Below, piece by piece: positions 19,266 to 29,893 of a stretch of 64,000 nucleotides of DNA. The translations under genes and the position numbers were made by a program. The notes beneath the pieces were generated by a model. It worked only from the letters and a program-made list of their open reading frames with translations, did not search any database and was not told the origin of the DNA. Source of the DNA: Gemmatimonadota bacterium. Lineage in GTDB: Bacteria; JBHIER01; G020348925. Location: assembly GCA_020348925.1 (NCBI GenBank), contig CP070758.1:2371688-2435687 (forward strand), written 5' to 3'. The stretch's first letter is position 1, and each line of letters opens with the position of its first letter.

Positions 19266-19585
19266 ATGTACGACTCCTGTAATTTTTGAAACTCACCCTC
19301 GTCCCATGCTGTTCCTAAAATTACGAGAAAATGGTACCCGGTTCAAGAAAAAAATGAGCACCTTGGCGATTTCCCCTGCACAATCTGGTTTTTTCAGGGT
19401 GACGCACCTGGGGCATACGGTTGTCATCGGAATTTGTTCCCCATCGGAGGCTCGTCCGAAATTTTGGCAAAACGCTGAAAAAAGAGTTGACTTTTTTAGA
19501 AAATGAGTTTTATTTAGAGGGTCTGCCGTAAATATTTAGAGACACGGAAGATCAATTTTAACTGTGATCAAGGAGTACTGCCGTT

Positions 19586-20389
19586 GTGAGTTCAACATCT
19601 GCAAAGATTCGGTCCAGAGGAAAGTTCAGCGACGCGATATTCAATGTGATCTTCACTTTTGTCTTCTTAACGCCTGCTTTAGGTCTGGCAACGGTACTGA
19701 GCCTCCAGTTTTCATTAACCTTAAAAATCCTAATCCCCATAATATTTTTGGTGATTTCACTTCCCCTCTTTTGGTTTTTCGGTGTCCGCTTTATTCTCGG
19801 CGATACGGCTTTGTTGAGGTTGGTCGGATGGATCGTTCTTATCACCACCTTTTGTGTGCCGCCATTGTTTCTGGTCGATTTCTATAAGATGAATCCTACT
19901 CTTTGCGAAGCCTTTATCGGGATTGCAGGCTTCCTGGCTGTAGGGGTTGTGTTGTGGGGATTGGCCGAGATTATCGGCAATATTGCAGCCACCCGGATCG
20001 GACGGGTCTTCGGCTGGCTCTTTTTCGCTGCTGTCGTTCTCTTTCCAGTATTCTGGGTGAATTATCGGAAGCTCAGCACTGAGGATATCAATCTTCTCTA
20101 TGGAGGTATTATCGGCATTTTTGTCCTGGTGATGCTCACCGTAGCCTTCAGAGCGCTGCTCCGGGTCATTTTCAAGGAGAGAGTGTCCGATATTGCCTCA
20201 GTGTTGGATCGCATCGTCCGGATTGTTCTGACGGCGGGCGTGTTTTTTGGAGGGGCCATTTTTCCGGCTCTCTTTTTAACCATTAAAGAAAGCCAGAATC
20301 TCACGTTAGGGATCATTTTTCTGTTATGTGTTCCGGTCATTGCGCTCTTTGTTCATTTCAATTTTTTAGCCGAACGGCATGAATTATAA
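19586..20389 (+). CDS. Hypothetical polytopic membrane protein (about 8 TM)
   Basis: 267-aa highly hydrophobic ORF directly upstream of exbB. Start codon uncertain. Confidence 0.65.
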   Translation: MSSTSAKIRSRGKFSDAIFNVIFTFVFLTPALGLATVLSLQFSLTLKILIPIIFLVISLPLFWFFGVRFILGDTALLRLVGWIVLITTFCVPPLFLVDFYKMNPTLCEAFIGIAGFLAVGVVLWGLAEIIGNIAATRIGRVFGWLFFAAVVLFPVFWVNYRKLSTEDINLLYGGIIGIFVLVMLTVAFRALLRVIFKERVSDIASVLDRIVRIVLTAGVFFGGAIFPALFLTIKESQNLTLGIIFLLCVPVIALFVHFNFLAERHEL

Positions 20390-20441
20390 GATTTGAAAGA
20401 GAGACATTTTACACTCACCATTTAAAAGGAGGATTGCGTGC

Positions 20442-21056
20442 ATGGTTGAATTGTTCATTAAAGGGAAAGCCTTCATGTGGCCTCTCTTGGCCGCTGCAAT
20501 TATTGGGGTGGCTTTCATTTTCGAACGTCTCTGGACCCTCAGCCGGGCTACGATCAATACCAGAAAGTTCTTGGATAAGGTGACGAGCGCTCTAAAAGAA
20601 GGTGGCGTCACAGCAGCGGCTGATGTGTGTGCCAGGACGAGGGGTCCGATCGCTTCGATTTTTCACGCGGGTCTCATGAAAGCCGATCGGGGTGTGCCCG
20701 AGGTGGAGAAGGCCATTGAAAGTGCCGGTGCGATCGAAATGTCCTTCCTGGAGCGCGGGTTGGTATGGTTGGCCACAATCGCCAATATCGCTCCAATGTT
20801 AGGATTCTTGGGAACGGTGAGTGGTATGATCAACGCTTTTGAGGCCATTGCTCGAGCCGGGGATATCGAGCCCAGTTTGGTAGCCAGCGGTATCTCCGAG
20901 GCGTTGATAACGACCGCTACCGGATTAGCTATCGCGATCCCGATTCAGGCAGCACACAATTTCTTTGTTTCCAAAATCGATAAGCTCGTCATCGATATGG
21001 AGGAAAGTTCGACAGCCCTGCTCGACACCTTGGTTGAGATGGGGACCGCCAAATAA
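20442..21056 (+). CDS. exbB: MotA/TolQ/ExbB proton channel
   Basis: APMLGFLGTVSGMI and GISEALITTATGLAIAIP. RBS AGGAGG. Confidence 0.92.
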   Translation: MVELFIKGKAFMWPLLAAAIIGVAFIFERLWTLSRATINTRKFLDKVTSALKEGGVTAAADVCARTRGPIASIFHAGLMKADRGVPEVEKAIESAGAIEMSFLERGLVWLATIANIAPMLGFLGTVSGMINAFEAIARAGDIEPSLVASGISEALITTATGLAIAIPIQAAHNFFVSKIDKLVIDMEESSTALLDTLVEMGTAK

Positions 21057-21121
21057 ACACGGCTTGAGAGAGACTCAGGTTGTGTCAGGCCGTTCGGTGC
21101 GTTTCTTTTGGAGATGATGTT

Positions 21122-21520
21122 ATGAAGATTCGGAAAAAGCTCAGGGTGAGTGAGGAAATTCCCACATGCTCGATGGCTGATATTGCCTTTTTGCTCATAA
21201 TCTTCTTTCTTGTGACAACGACCATGAATATGGACAAGGGTTTGGGCCTCGTTCTGCCCGGGTTTGGTGAGCAAAAGAGAGTCCGGAAAACCCAAATTTG
21301 TAACGTCTGGGTCAACGCGGCGGGCTCGGTGATGGTGGGTGGGGAGATCATGGAGATTTCAAAGATCAAGGGTGAAATTAAGAGACGTCTGGCGGAGAAC
21401 GAGAAATTAATCGTCTCCCTGAAAACCGATAAAGAGTCACAATACGGGACGTTTATTGAAGTTCTCGATCAATTGAAGCTGGCCGAAGCGCCGGTCATCT
21501 CCTTGGCCGTTCCGGATTGA
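21122..21520 (+). CDS. exbD: ExbD/TolR family protein
   Basis: SMADIAFLLIIFFLVTT TM segment with the conserved Asp. Confidence 0.9.
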   Translation: MKIRKKLRVSEEIPTCSMADIAFLLIIFFLVTTTMNMDKGLGLVLPGFGEQKRVRKTQICNVWVNAAGSVMVGGEIMEISKIKGEIKRRLAENEKLIVSLKTDKESQYGTFIEVLDQLKLAEAPVISLAVPD

Positions 21521-21584
21521 TGTTGCAGGGCATTGTGTGAGAAACTTTCTCCGCTTCGAGCCGTTCAAGGATTAGGATGTCGAA

Positions 21585-21992
21585 ATGAAGTTTACGAGTA
21601 AAGCGAAAGTAACGGAAAAGATTCCGACAGCCTCGATGGCAGACATTGCTTTTCTGTTATTGATCTTCTTTATGCTGAGCACTGTTTTTAAACAGTATCA
21701 GGGTCTGCCGATTCAGTTGCCACGTGCCCAGAAGACGCAGAAGATCGAGACGAAACGGAATATCACGCACGTCTGGACGACCGCTCAAGGACGGGTGGCC
21801 ATTGACGATATGTTGGTAGATATTCCCTCAATTCGGACCATTATGTACAATAAGAGGGTGGTGAATCCAAAAATTATTGTCTCACTGAAGACGGACTGGA
21901 GGGCCAGGTACGGTGTGGTGGCCGATGTCATGGAGGAGTTGAAGAGAGCGGACGCCCTGCGCGTCAATTTTGCCACCGAGAGGAAGAGGTGA
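21585..21992 (+). CDS. exbD: ExbD/TolR family protein (second copy)
   Basis: SMADIAFLLLIFFMLST and LPRA. Confidence 0.9.
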   Translation: MKFTSKAKVTEKIPTASMADIAFLLLIFFMLSTVFKQYQGLPIQLPRAQKTQKIETKRNITHVWTTAQGRVAIDDMLVDIPSIRTIMYNKRVVNPKIIVSLKTDWRARYGVVADVMEELKRADALRVNFATERKR

Positions 21993-21998
21993 TGCATT

Positions 21999-22637
21999 AT
22001 GGCGAAAAATAAGAATCCGAATGATTTACGTGGCCATTATCGTGATGTCTTTGAAAAGTCCTTGGCTCTTTCTCTGGGAATTTTCCTGCTGGTTTTTCTC
22101 ACTTGGCAGAGCATTGATATCAGGGCGTATCAAAGCATGAGGCAGCAGGAGATTATTCAGGTTCAAGATATACCGAAGACGCGACAGGTGAAACAGCCGC
22201 CTCCACCGGCACGACCCGCTGTTCCTATTGAGACAGAGAGCGAGGATCTGCCGGAGGACGTTGAGATCGAAACGACGGAGTTGGAGGCCGTTATCGATGT
22301 TGCGCCTCCGCCTCCACCTGAGGAAGCTCCGCCTCCCGATGAGTTCTGGTGGGCTGAGGAGATGCCGCAGTTGACCCATTTCTCTGTGCCCAAGTATCCT
22401 CCCATTGCTGAAAAAGCGGGTCTCGAATGCGTCGTTTTCGTCCATATTTTGGTGGATGAGAAGGGGAATGCGGCCAAAGTGAAGATTGCCAAACCTTGCG
22501 GGAATGTTGGTTTCAATGAGTCCGCAGAGGAAGCAGCGTGGAAATGCAAGTTCACACCGGGCAAGCAGAACGACAAACCGATACGTGTCTGGGTATCCAT
22601 TCCGTTTCGGTTTGAGATGAAAAAAGGGAGTCGATAA
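21999..22637 (+). CDS. tonB: Energy transducer TonB
   Basis: N-terminal TM, Pro-rich linker, C-terminal YPPIA…VDEKG…FTPGKQ…PFRF. Confidence 0.9.
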   Translation: MAKNKNPNDLRGHYRDVFEKSLALSLGIFLLVFLTWQSIDIRAYQSMRQQEIIQVQDIPKTRQVKQPPPPARPAVPIETESEDLPEDVEIETTELEAVIDVAPPPPPEEAPPPDEFWWAEEMPQLTHFSVPKYPPIAEKAGLECVVFVHILVDEKGNAAKVKIAKPCGNVGFNESAEEAAWKCKFTPGKQNDKPIRVWVSIPFRFEMKKGSR

Positions 22638-22676
22638 AAGTACCGTTTTCGTAGATTCGGTTCATAAGATAGAAAG

Positions 22677-22710
22677 AACGGCAGTGCCCTGTCACACTGT
22701 CGTTTTTTTT
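22677..22710 (+). terminator. Rho-independent terminator after tonB
   Basis: AACGGCAGTG-loop-CACTGTCGTT followed by a T-run. Confidence 0.8.
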
Positions 22711-22896
22711 ATGGTTTCTCCCGTGAGGCTGATATACATTGAGGTGTTCCGAGCGTGTCTATCATAAGGAAGGAGTCGAAACTTTTTATCGTAGTTTCGG
22801 TCTAATCTTCGACTTAGGAAATCTTATAGTTTTCATTTCATAGGGGGGACCTTCATTGATGAAGGTGAGAACAAACTCTGAAAGGAGGTACGGCAG

Positions 22897-23643
22897 ATGA
22901 ATGAGGAACATGGTGTGCAGGAGGCCGTTCGAGAGGACGTGCAGGAACTGAGTGCTGTCCAGAGGATCATGGGGATGTACTTCAGTCCGAGGAGGACCTT
23001 TGAATATTTGCGAGAAAAACCCAAATGGTTGGTTCCCTTTATCCTCATCTGCCTCGTGGCCATGGTCTCGAATTTCCTGGCCAAAGATATCGCCATACAG
23101 GAGCAGAAGGAACGCGTCCTGATGAGCGACAGAATTCCGGACGAACAGAAAGATGCCATCATCGAGAGAATCGAGAGCAGTGCCAGCGGTCCGCAGGCAT
23201 ATATTCAGCATGCGGCGACGCCTGTGGTTATTTTTATCATACTCTCCGTTGTAGCTGCCATTTTTCTCTTTTTTGGCAATATGCTCTTTGGCGGGCAGGC
23301 CAGTTTTCGGCAAATGCTGAGTATGTACGCTCACGCGGGTGTCATCGCCCTTCCGGCAGCTATTGTGAAAGTGCCGCTCATGTTATCCCAGCAGTCCCTT
23401 CGCGTGTATACAAATTTGGCCATTCTTCTTCCGGCAGATGCCGAGCAAACCTTTCTGCACAGATTGTTATCAAAGTTTGACCTCTTTACGATCTGGGAGG
23501 TTGTTCTTCTTATCATTGGGATATCGGCCATCTATCGCTTCTCCACGGGGAAAGCGAGCACCATTGTTTTGATCCTGTGGGCCTTGTGGATTGTGCTGAG
23601 CGTTACCTTGGGTGGGTTTTTGCGCGGTTTTGGGTTGGCATAG
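22897..23643 (+). CDS. Yip1-family membrane protein (YknW-like)
   Basis: SPRRTFEYL..KPKW, about 5 TM helices, DLFTIW. RBS AGGAGG. Confidence 0.8.
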   Translation: MNEEHGVQEAVREDVQELSAVQRIMGMYFSPRRTFEYLREKPKWLVPFILICLVAMVSNFLAKDIAIQEQKERVLMSDRIPDEQKDAIIERIESSASGPQAYIQHAATPVVIFIILSVVAAIFLFFGNMLFGGQASFRQMLSMYAHAGVIALPAAIVKVPLMLSQQSLRVYTNLAILLPADAEQTFLHRLLSKFDLFTIWEVVLLIIGISAIYRFSTGKASTIVLILWALWIVLSVTLGGFLRGFGLA

Positions 23644-23705
23644 TATCAAATCGTATTGAACAGCGAAAAATTAACCGAAAACAAGAACATGAGGAGGTGT
23701 ATGGG

Positions 23706-25094
23706 ATGAAAAGTAGAAGTCGTTCGTGTCAAGGGGTTGATCTTCGGATGTTTGGTTTGCTTTTATTCATACTCTCAACCCTTTTCCTTGGTGTGAGTCA
23801 TGTTATCCCTCAAGAAACTGATTTGGACTTCAGCGAACCGCTCACGATTGACGCTTGTATCGAGATAGCCAAACGAAATGCTCCCTCGATAAAGACGGCT
23901 CAATTTGCCTTGAAATCGGCCGAGGCGAACGTTCTCGGTGCCTGGGCGAACATGTTTCCCAGTGTGAATGCGAGTGTAACCGGGTATAGAACGACTTACG
24001 GTCCTCAAACGGTCCCAAAAGTCGATCAAACAACCGGTCTCGTTATTGGATTGGAGGAATCGGAGTCCGAGGCATTTTCCAGTTATTCTTCTCGAATCTA
24101 CTACGGAATATCCGTTTTCAATAAGGGAAACTGGTCGAATCTGTCTCGCCAACAGGCGAATCAACGTGCCTCGGAATTCGATGTGGAGATAACGGAGCAG
24201 GATCTGATCTATCGGGTGAAGGAGGCCTACTACGGTCTCCTTGCTTATCAAAGATTGCTTCAGGTGCATGAGGAGACTGTGAGGAGCCGCGAAGAGAACC
24301 TGAGAAAGATCGAAAGTATGTTCGAGGTTGGCTCGGCCTCGAAGGCCGATGTCTTGAAACAAAAGGTACAGGTCCAGAACGCCAAGGCTTCTCTTATTCA
24401 GGCGAGAAATGATGTTGAGTATGCTCGGGCCAATCTCGCCTTTACGTTAGGTTTCCATGTAAACACTCCGTTGCAAATTGTCGATGTTTTGGATATTGAA
24501 GAACCGGGGGTTGAGTTGGAGGAGGGTCTCGATTTCGCTCTTGGGAATCATCCGAGTCTTTTGAGGGCTGAAGCTCAACTCAACGCTGCGAAGGCTTATG
24601 TCGGGTACACGCAAGCTGCGTTCTGGCCGAGCCTCGGGGCCGGCGGATCTTACAGCTGGGGACCGGGTGAAAAACTGTCAAGAATCAAGGAAATGTTTGA
24701 TAAAAATTATAACTGGAATCTTGGTCTTCAATTGAGCTTTGATATTCCTGATTTCTCCACGATCGCGAACATTCGATATGCGAAAGCGGAACGGGCGCGA
24801 TCGGAGGAGCAGCTGGTGGAAACAAGGGGGAACATCTCCCTTGCCGTGAAAAAGGCCTATTTGGATTTGAATGCGGCCAAGGAGATTATTACAGCCCGTG
24901 AGGAGGAGGTGGCTTCGGCCGAAGAGGATCTGAAATTTGCTGAGGAGCGGTACCGGGTGGGGGCGGGAACGGCCCTCGAATTGATCGATGCTCAGGTAAA
25001 CTCGACGTCGGCCCAGAGCAACCACGTCCAGGCCCTGTATGATTACAAATTGGCCTTGGCACAATTGGAGAGGGCCATAGGAAAGGAACTGTAA
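23706..25094 (+). CDS. TolC family outer membrane efflux protein
   Basis: Two OEP repeats (VKEAYY…FEVG; VKKAYL…RYRVG…ELIDAQ…LERAIG). RBS GAGGAGG. Confidence 0.9.
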   Translation: MKSRSRSCQGVDLRMFGLLLFILSTLFLGVSHVIPQETDLDFSEPLTIDACIEIAKRNAPSIKTAQFALKSAEANVLGAWANMFPSVNASVTGYRTTYGPQTVPKVDQTTGLVIGLEESESEAFSSYSSRIYYGISVFNKGNWSNLSRQQANQRASEFDVEITEQDLIYRVKEAYYGLLAYQRLLQVHEETVRSREENLRKIESMFEVGSASKADVLKQKVQVQNAKASLIQARNDVEYARANLAFTLGFHVNTPLQIVDVLDIEEPGVELEEGLDFALGNHPSLLRAEAQLNAAKAYVGYTQAAFWPSLGAGGSYSWGPGEKLSRIKEMFDKNYNWNLGLQLSFDIPDFSTIANIRYAKAERARSEEQLVETRGNISLAVKKAYLDLNAAKEIITAREEEVASAEEDLKFAEERYRVGAGTALELIDAQVNSTSAQSNHVQALYDYKLALAQLERAIGKEL

Positions 25095-25125
25095 GAGCTC
25101 GTTTCGATTATCAGGAGGTTTGGGC

Positions 25126-26436
25126 ATGTCGAAAAAGAAGAAGATACTCATAGGTATCGGTGTGGTGGTTGTGGTGGGATTTTTCGTTGTTTTCAATCTG
25201 ATGAAATCAACGGAAAAAGGATTGAACGTTCAAGCGAAAAAAGTGAAGAGGGGGGACCTGACCGCAAAGGTCGCTGCCACGGGGCGAATCCAACCCGCGA
25301 AGAAAGTCGATATCAGCGCCAACGTCAGCGCAAGGATAATTTCGTTGGCCGTGAAAGAGGGAGACTGGGTTGAGGAGGGTCAGTTGCTCGTTCAGTTGGA
25401 TCGAACGCTCTACAAGGCCAGGGTTGAAGGCGCTCAAGCCTCTCTGAATTCCTTTAAGGCGCAGGCGCGTTTGAACAAAGCAAATCTCGATCAGGCCGAG
25501 CTGGAATACAATCGTCAGAAGGAACTCTTTGAGAAGAGACTGACATCCCAGGAACTTCTCGATGCGTCCAAAACCAACCTTGAGGTTCAAAAGGCCCGGT
25601 ACGAGTCGGCGAAGCAGCAGGTCGCGCAAGCCCAGGCCTCCCTCGAACAGGCTGAGGACGATCTGTCCAAGACGACCATCACGGCTCCCATGGCCGGTAT
25701 CGTCACGCAACTCAATTCGGAGGTGGGTGAAGTTGTCCTGGGCACATCCATGGCATCCGGGACGATCATCATGACCATTTCCGATCTTTCTGAAATGGAG
25801 GTCGAAGTCGAGGTTGATGAGAGTGATGTGGTTGACGTTGATCTCGGACAGCTCGTCGAGATAGAGGTCGATGCGTTACCGGATACGGTTCTCAGAGGGC
25901 AAGTGAAGGAGATTGCCAACACAGCGTTCACCAGGTATGCGGGCACGGCTGAGGAGGTCACGAACTTTATGGTGACCATCGGAGTTCTGGATAATGTGCC
26001 ACAACTGAAACCCGGTATGTCAGCCACCGTCGATATCACGACGGCGACGCACGAGGATGTGCTCCAAGTACCCATCCAGTGCGTTGTCATGAGGGAGCCG
26101 AAAATCCCGAAGGAGGAGAAGGACAGCTCCCTGGTTGCGGAAGCGGAGGCGTCCGAAGTTGAGCCCTCGGAACGTGATGAGGAGGGGGGGGCTGATGCGG
26201 AGGATGAGGAGGAGGAGAAGGAGCCCATCGAAATGGTCTTTGTGGTGGTGGATGGGGAAGCCCACATGAGGCCGGTGAAAACCGGGATCATTGGCGATTT
26301 GGACATTGAGATCGTCGAGGGGCTCGAGGATGGAGAGATGGTGGTGACTGGCAGCTACAAGGTTCTGAGCAAGGTCTTGAAAGACGGGCAGAAGGTCAAG
26401 GTCGAAAAGAAGAAAAAAGGAAAAGCGCAGCGGTAG
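25126..26436 (+). CDS. MacA-like periplasmic adaptor (MFP)
   Basis: N-terminal TM, VKEGDWVEEGQLL lipoyl half, coiled coil, ITAPMAG, EVDESD, LKPGMSATV and GLEDGEMVV. Confidence 0.92.
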   Translation: MSKKKKILIGIGVVVVVGFFVVFNLMKSTEKGLNVQAKKVKRGDLTAKVAATGRIQPAKKVDISANVSARIISLAVKEGDWVEEGQLLVQLDRTLYKARVEGAQASLNSFKAQARLNKANLDQAELEYNRQKELFEKRLTSQELLDASKTNLEVQKARYESAKQQVAQAQASLEQAEDDLSKTTITAPMAGIVTQLNSEVGEVVLGTSMASGTIIMTISDLSEMEVEVEVDESDVVDVDLGQLVEIEVDALPDTVLRGQVKEIANTAFTRYAGTAEEVTNFMVTIGVLDNVPQLKPGMSATVDITTATHEDVLQVPIQCVVMREPKIPKEEKDSSLVAEAEASEVEPSERDEEGGADAEDEEEEKEPIEMVFVVVDGEAHMRPVKTGIIGDLDIEIVEGLEDGEMVVTGSYKVLSKVLKDGQKVKVEKKKKGKAQR

Positions 26437-26502
26437 ATCCGACACCAGAATGCATGAGGGTTTCGAATGGCTTTTCGCTTTTTTCCATAATGGGGGCGTT
26501 TG

Positions 26503-27198
26503 ATGCTGATAGACATAGAAAACATCGAAAAACTGTACGAGTTGGGGGCGACGCATGTTCACGCGATACGGGGTATAAGCCTGAGTATTGAGAACAATGA
26601 ATATCTGTCCATCATGGGACCTTCGGGCTCGGGCAAATCGACTCTGATGAATATCCTCGGTTGCCTGGACACACCGACGAAGGGAACCTACCTCTTTCGA
26701 GGGGAAGCTATTCAGGACATGAACGACGATCAATTGGCTGCCATCCGGAATCGGGAGATCGGGTTCGTCTTCCAAACCTTCAATCTTCTGCCCCGAGCCA
26801 ACGCGCTGCACAATGTGGAGCTGCCCCTGGTCTATGACGGGACGCCGGCGCGGGAGAGGAAACAGCGGGCGGTGGAAGCGCTGGAAGCCGTCGGCCTCGC
26901 GGACCGGGCCCATCACAGACCGAGCGAGATGTCAGGAGGCGAGCGGCAGAGGGTGGCCATTGCCAGAGCCCTGGTGAACAATCCTTCTCTCATCCTGGCC
27001 GATGAGCCGACAGGAAACCTGGACAGCAAGACCGGCGAGGAAATCATGAAGATTTTCGAGAAGATCCACGGCCAGGGCAACACGATTATATTGGTGACCC
27101 ACGAAAAATATATCGCCGCTTACAGTCAGCGGGCCATTCATCTGTTGGATGGCAAGATCGAGCGGGAGGAGCGGATAGAGGATTCGCAGAAAACCTGA
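26503..27198 (+). CDS. ABC transporter ATP-binding protein (MacB/LolD-like)
   Basis: [33 protein letters not shown] and [10 protein letters not shown]. Confidence 0.95.
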   Translation: MLIDIENIEKLYELGATHVHAIRGISLSIENNEYLSIMGPSGSGKSTLMNILGCLDTPTKGTYLFRGEAIQDMNDDQLAAIRNREIGFVFQTFNLLPRANALHNVELPLVYDGTPARERKQRAVEALEAVGLADRAHHRPSEMSGGERQRVAIARALVNNPSLILADEPTGNLDSKTGEEIMKIFEKIHGQGNTIILVTHEKYIAAYSQRAIHLLDGKIEREERIEDSQKT

Positions 27199-27265
27199 TG
27201 GCCGTCGGCCTCAAAGCTCGTGACGCGTTTCCAGAACGAGACATGAGAGACGGAGTATTTTTCAC

Positions 27266-28492
27266 ATGAAACTTTCACTCACCATATGGGAGGGTCTGAA
27301 GATTGCCCTCGATGCCTTGAAACAGCACCGACTCAGGGCCATTTTAGCCACCTTGGGCATCGTTATTGGGATCACCATGGTGGTGGGTATCGCCTCTATA
27401 ATCGACGGGCTGAACAAAGCGTTCTATTCTTCGATATCGGCCCTGGGCTCGGACACGTTGTACATTCAAAAAATCCCGTGGTTCGCCGAGGATTATTGGA
27501 CCTATCGCAATCGAAAAGACCTTACATTGAAGGAGGCTCAGGCGGTCCGCGAGTACGCCACCCTGGCAAGTGCTGTCTCTCCCATGGTCGGTACGTCGAG
27601 GGATGTGAAATTCGGCAACCAGAAGTTGAACGACATCATCGTTGTCGGGACGAACCACGAATTCAGGGAAACGGGCAATGCCATCCCAGAATTGGGCCGA
27701 TTTCTCTCAGAGGCCGATGTTCATCGAAACAGGCACGTCTGTGTTCTGGGCTACGAAGCCTCGCAAAAACTGTTTGAGCGTATCAATCCTTTGGGGCGAA
27801 CGATTAAAGTGGGAGGCCATCCCTTTCAGGTCGTCGGCGTCCTTGAGGAGAAAGGAAAGTTTCTGGGTATTGATATGGACACCCGGATCTACGTTCCTGT
27901 GGGTGCCTTTAACAAATTGTTCGGCATCAGGAAACGGTATATGACGATAGGCGTGAAAGTGGTCGACCAAGAGCATCTCGAAGATGCCAAGGATGAATTG
28001 CGCGGTATTTTGCGCCGCGTCCGCAAAGTACCTCCCGACAAGGAGGACGATTTTGCCATCAACCAGCAGGATGTCTTCTCGCGCCTGTATAACAGCTTAA
28101 CTGGGGGATTATGGGCGGCAGCCATCGGTATCGCCGCAATGTCGCTCTTGGTCGGTGGCATCGGCATCATGAATATTCTTCTCGTCTCAGTGACCGAGCG
28201 GACTCGGGAAATTGGGATACGGAAGGCCATCGGAGCGCGGAGAAGAGACATCTTGTGGCAATTTCTCATAGAGTCTTTGGCCATCACGGCTGTTGGTGGG
28301 GCCATCGGTTTTTTTATCGGACTCGGTTTGGGACGGCTGGTCTCGGCGGTGAAGTTTCTGCCGTCATCCCTGGCCGTGTGGATGGTCTATATCGGAATCG
28401 GCTTCGTGACAGCCGTGGGGCTCCTTTTCGGCATCTATCCCGCTTCGAAGGCGGCCAGGCTGAATCCCATTGATGCCTTGAGTTACGAATAA
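27266..28492 (+). CDS. MacB-like ABC permease
   Basis: LGIVIG, periplasmic core, VGGIGIMNILLVSVTERTREIGIRKAIGA and YPA.KAARLNPIDAL.YE. Confidence 0.95.
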   Translation: MKLSLTIWEGLKIALDALKQHRLRAILATLGIVIGITMVVGIASIIDGLNKAFYSSISALGSDTLYIQKIPWFAEDYWTYRNRKDLTLKEAQAVREYATLASAVSPMVGTSRDVKFGNQKLNDIIVVGTNHEFRETGNAIPELGRFLSEADVHRNRHVCVLGYEASQKLFERINPLGRTIKVGGHPFQVVGVLEEKGKFLGIDMDTRIYVPVGAFNKLFGIRKRYMTIGVKVVDQEHLEDAKDELRGILRRVRKVPPDKEDDFAINQQDVFSRLYNSLTGGLWAAAIGIAAMSLLVGGIGIMNILLVSVTERTREIGIRKAIGARRRDILWQFLIESLAITAVGGAIGFFIGLGLGRLVSAVKFLPSSLAVWMVYIGIGFVTAVGLLFGIYPASKAARLNPIDALSYE

Positions 28493-28510
28493 ACGGACAA
28501 AGAGGGTTCT

Positions 28511-29734
28511 ATGAATTTTGGTGAAAATATAGGCACTGGGTTTTCCAATTTGCGCGCAAACAAATTGCGATCGGCTTTGACGATCCTGGCCATTATTATT
28601 GGCGTCATGGCTATTATGGGTCTCTGGTCCATCCTCCAGGGACTCCAAAATAATGTCGAGCAGCAGTTGGCTATTCTGGGTTCGAATACCTTTCAGGTTC
28701 AAAAGACACCGGCTCTTCAAATGGGACGTTTGGACCGCAAGTATCGGAACAGGAAAAACGTGACGGTCGAACACGCCCTGGCCATTCGGGACAAGGCCTC
28801 TGCCGTAAAATTGGTCGGTCCGGAGGACTGGCAATTTGGGGTGACCGTAAAGTATGAGGATAAAAAGACGAATCCAAATGTGCAATTGGCCGGAGGCACG
28901 CCGGAGTTCGCTGAGAACAACGGATACTTCGTTGCCGAGGGTAGATTCATTACCAACAATGATGTGGATCGAGCGCGCCGTGTCATCATCCTGGGAAAGG
29001 ATGTGGTGAAAAAGGTTTTTCCGTACGGAAATCCCCTCGGGAAATGGGTCCGCGTCGATGCTGACAGGTATGAGGTTGTGGGTCTCTTGGAGGAGCAGGG
29101 GGCGATCTTCGGGGAGAGCCAGGACAATCAGGTTGTCATTCCTCTGACGACGTTTCAAAACGTGTACGGGAAAAATCGGTCGATCAACATTACGGTTCAA
29201 GCCTGGAGCGCCGATGACATGGAAAGGGCGATTGAGCAAACGGTCGCCATTTTGCGGGTCGAACGAAAAGTACCACCCGGTGAGCCGAATGATTTTGAAA
29301 TCTGGTCAAGTAAAACCTTTATCGATACGTTCAATAACATCGCGCGCATCATCAAGATGGCCGCCATAGGTATTGTCTCCATTGCCCTCATCGTAGCCGG
29401 TATTGGAATTATGAATATTATGCTTGTATCGATCAGGGAGCGCACGAGGGAGATTGGCATCCGCAAGGCGGTGGGAGCAAAGCGGCGCGATATCCTGAGT
29501 CAATTCCTGACGGAAGCCGTTATTCTGTGCGCTGCCGGTGGAATCATTGGCATAGCGCTGGGCATAGGAGTTGCAGAACTTTTGGCAGCGACCACGCCCC
29601 TGCGAGCGGCCATCCCCATCGTACCCGCTTTTCTGGCTCTCCTCTTTTCATCGGCCGTGGGACTCTTCTTTGGTATCTACCCAGCGACCAAGGCCGCCCG
29701 GCTGGACCCGATAGAATCACTGCGATACGAGTGA
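28511..29734 (+). CDS. MacB-like ABC permease (second paralog)
   Basis: NKLRSALT, GIGIMNIMLVSIRERTREIGIRKAVGA and YPATKAARLDPIESLRYE. Confidence 0.95.
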   Translation: MNFGENIGTGFSNLRANKLRSALTILAIIIGVMAIMGLWSILQGLQNNVEQQLAILGSNTFQVQKTPALQMGRLDRKYRNRKNVTVEHALAIRDKASAVKLVGPEDWQFGVTVKYEDKKTNPNVQLAGGTPEFAENNGYFVAEGRFITNNDVDRARRVIILGKDVVKKVFPYGNPLGKWVRVDADRYEVVGLLEEQGAIFGESQDNQVVIPLTTFQNVYGKNRSINITVQAWSADDMERAIEQTVAILRVERKVPPGEPNDFEIWSSKTFIDTFNNIARIIKMAAIGIVSIALIVAGIGIMNIMLVSIRERTREIGIRKAVGAKRRDILSQFLTEAVILCAAGGIIGIALGIGVAELLAATTPLRAAIPIVPAFLALLFSSAVGLFFGIYPATKAARLDPIESLRYE

Positions 29735-29893
29735 CGTCGACTGCTCAAGGCGGACTGGGAGATGATCCGGTAAGATCAACGCCTGGCTGTGACACTTCAC
29801 ACCGCTCATATTTTTCTTGCACACCTTTCTGCGGTACGTTATACTATAAACCATGTGACGAGACGTGTCTCCACTTATCCTGGGGGTGATACT

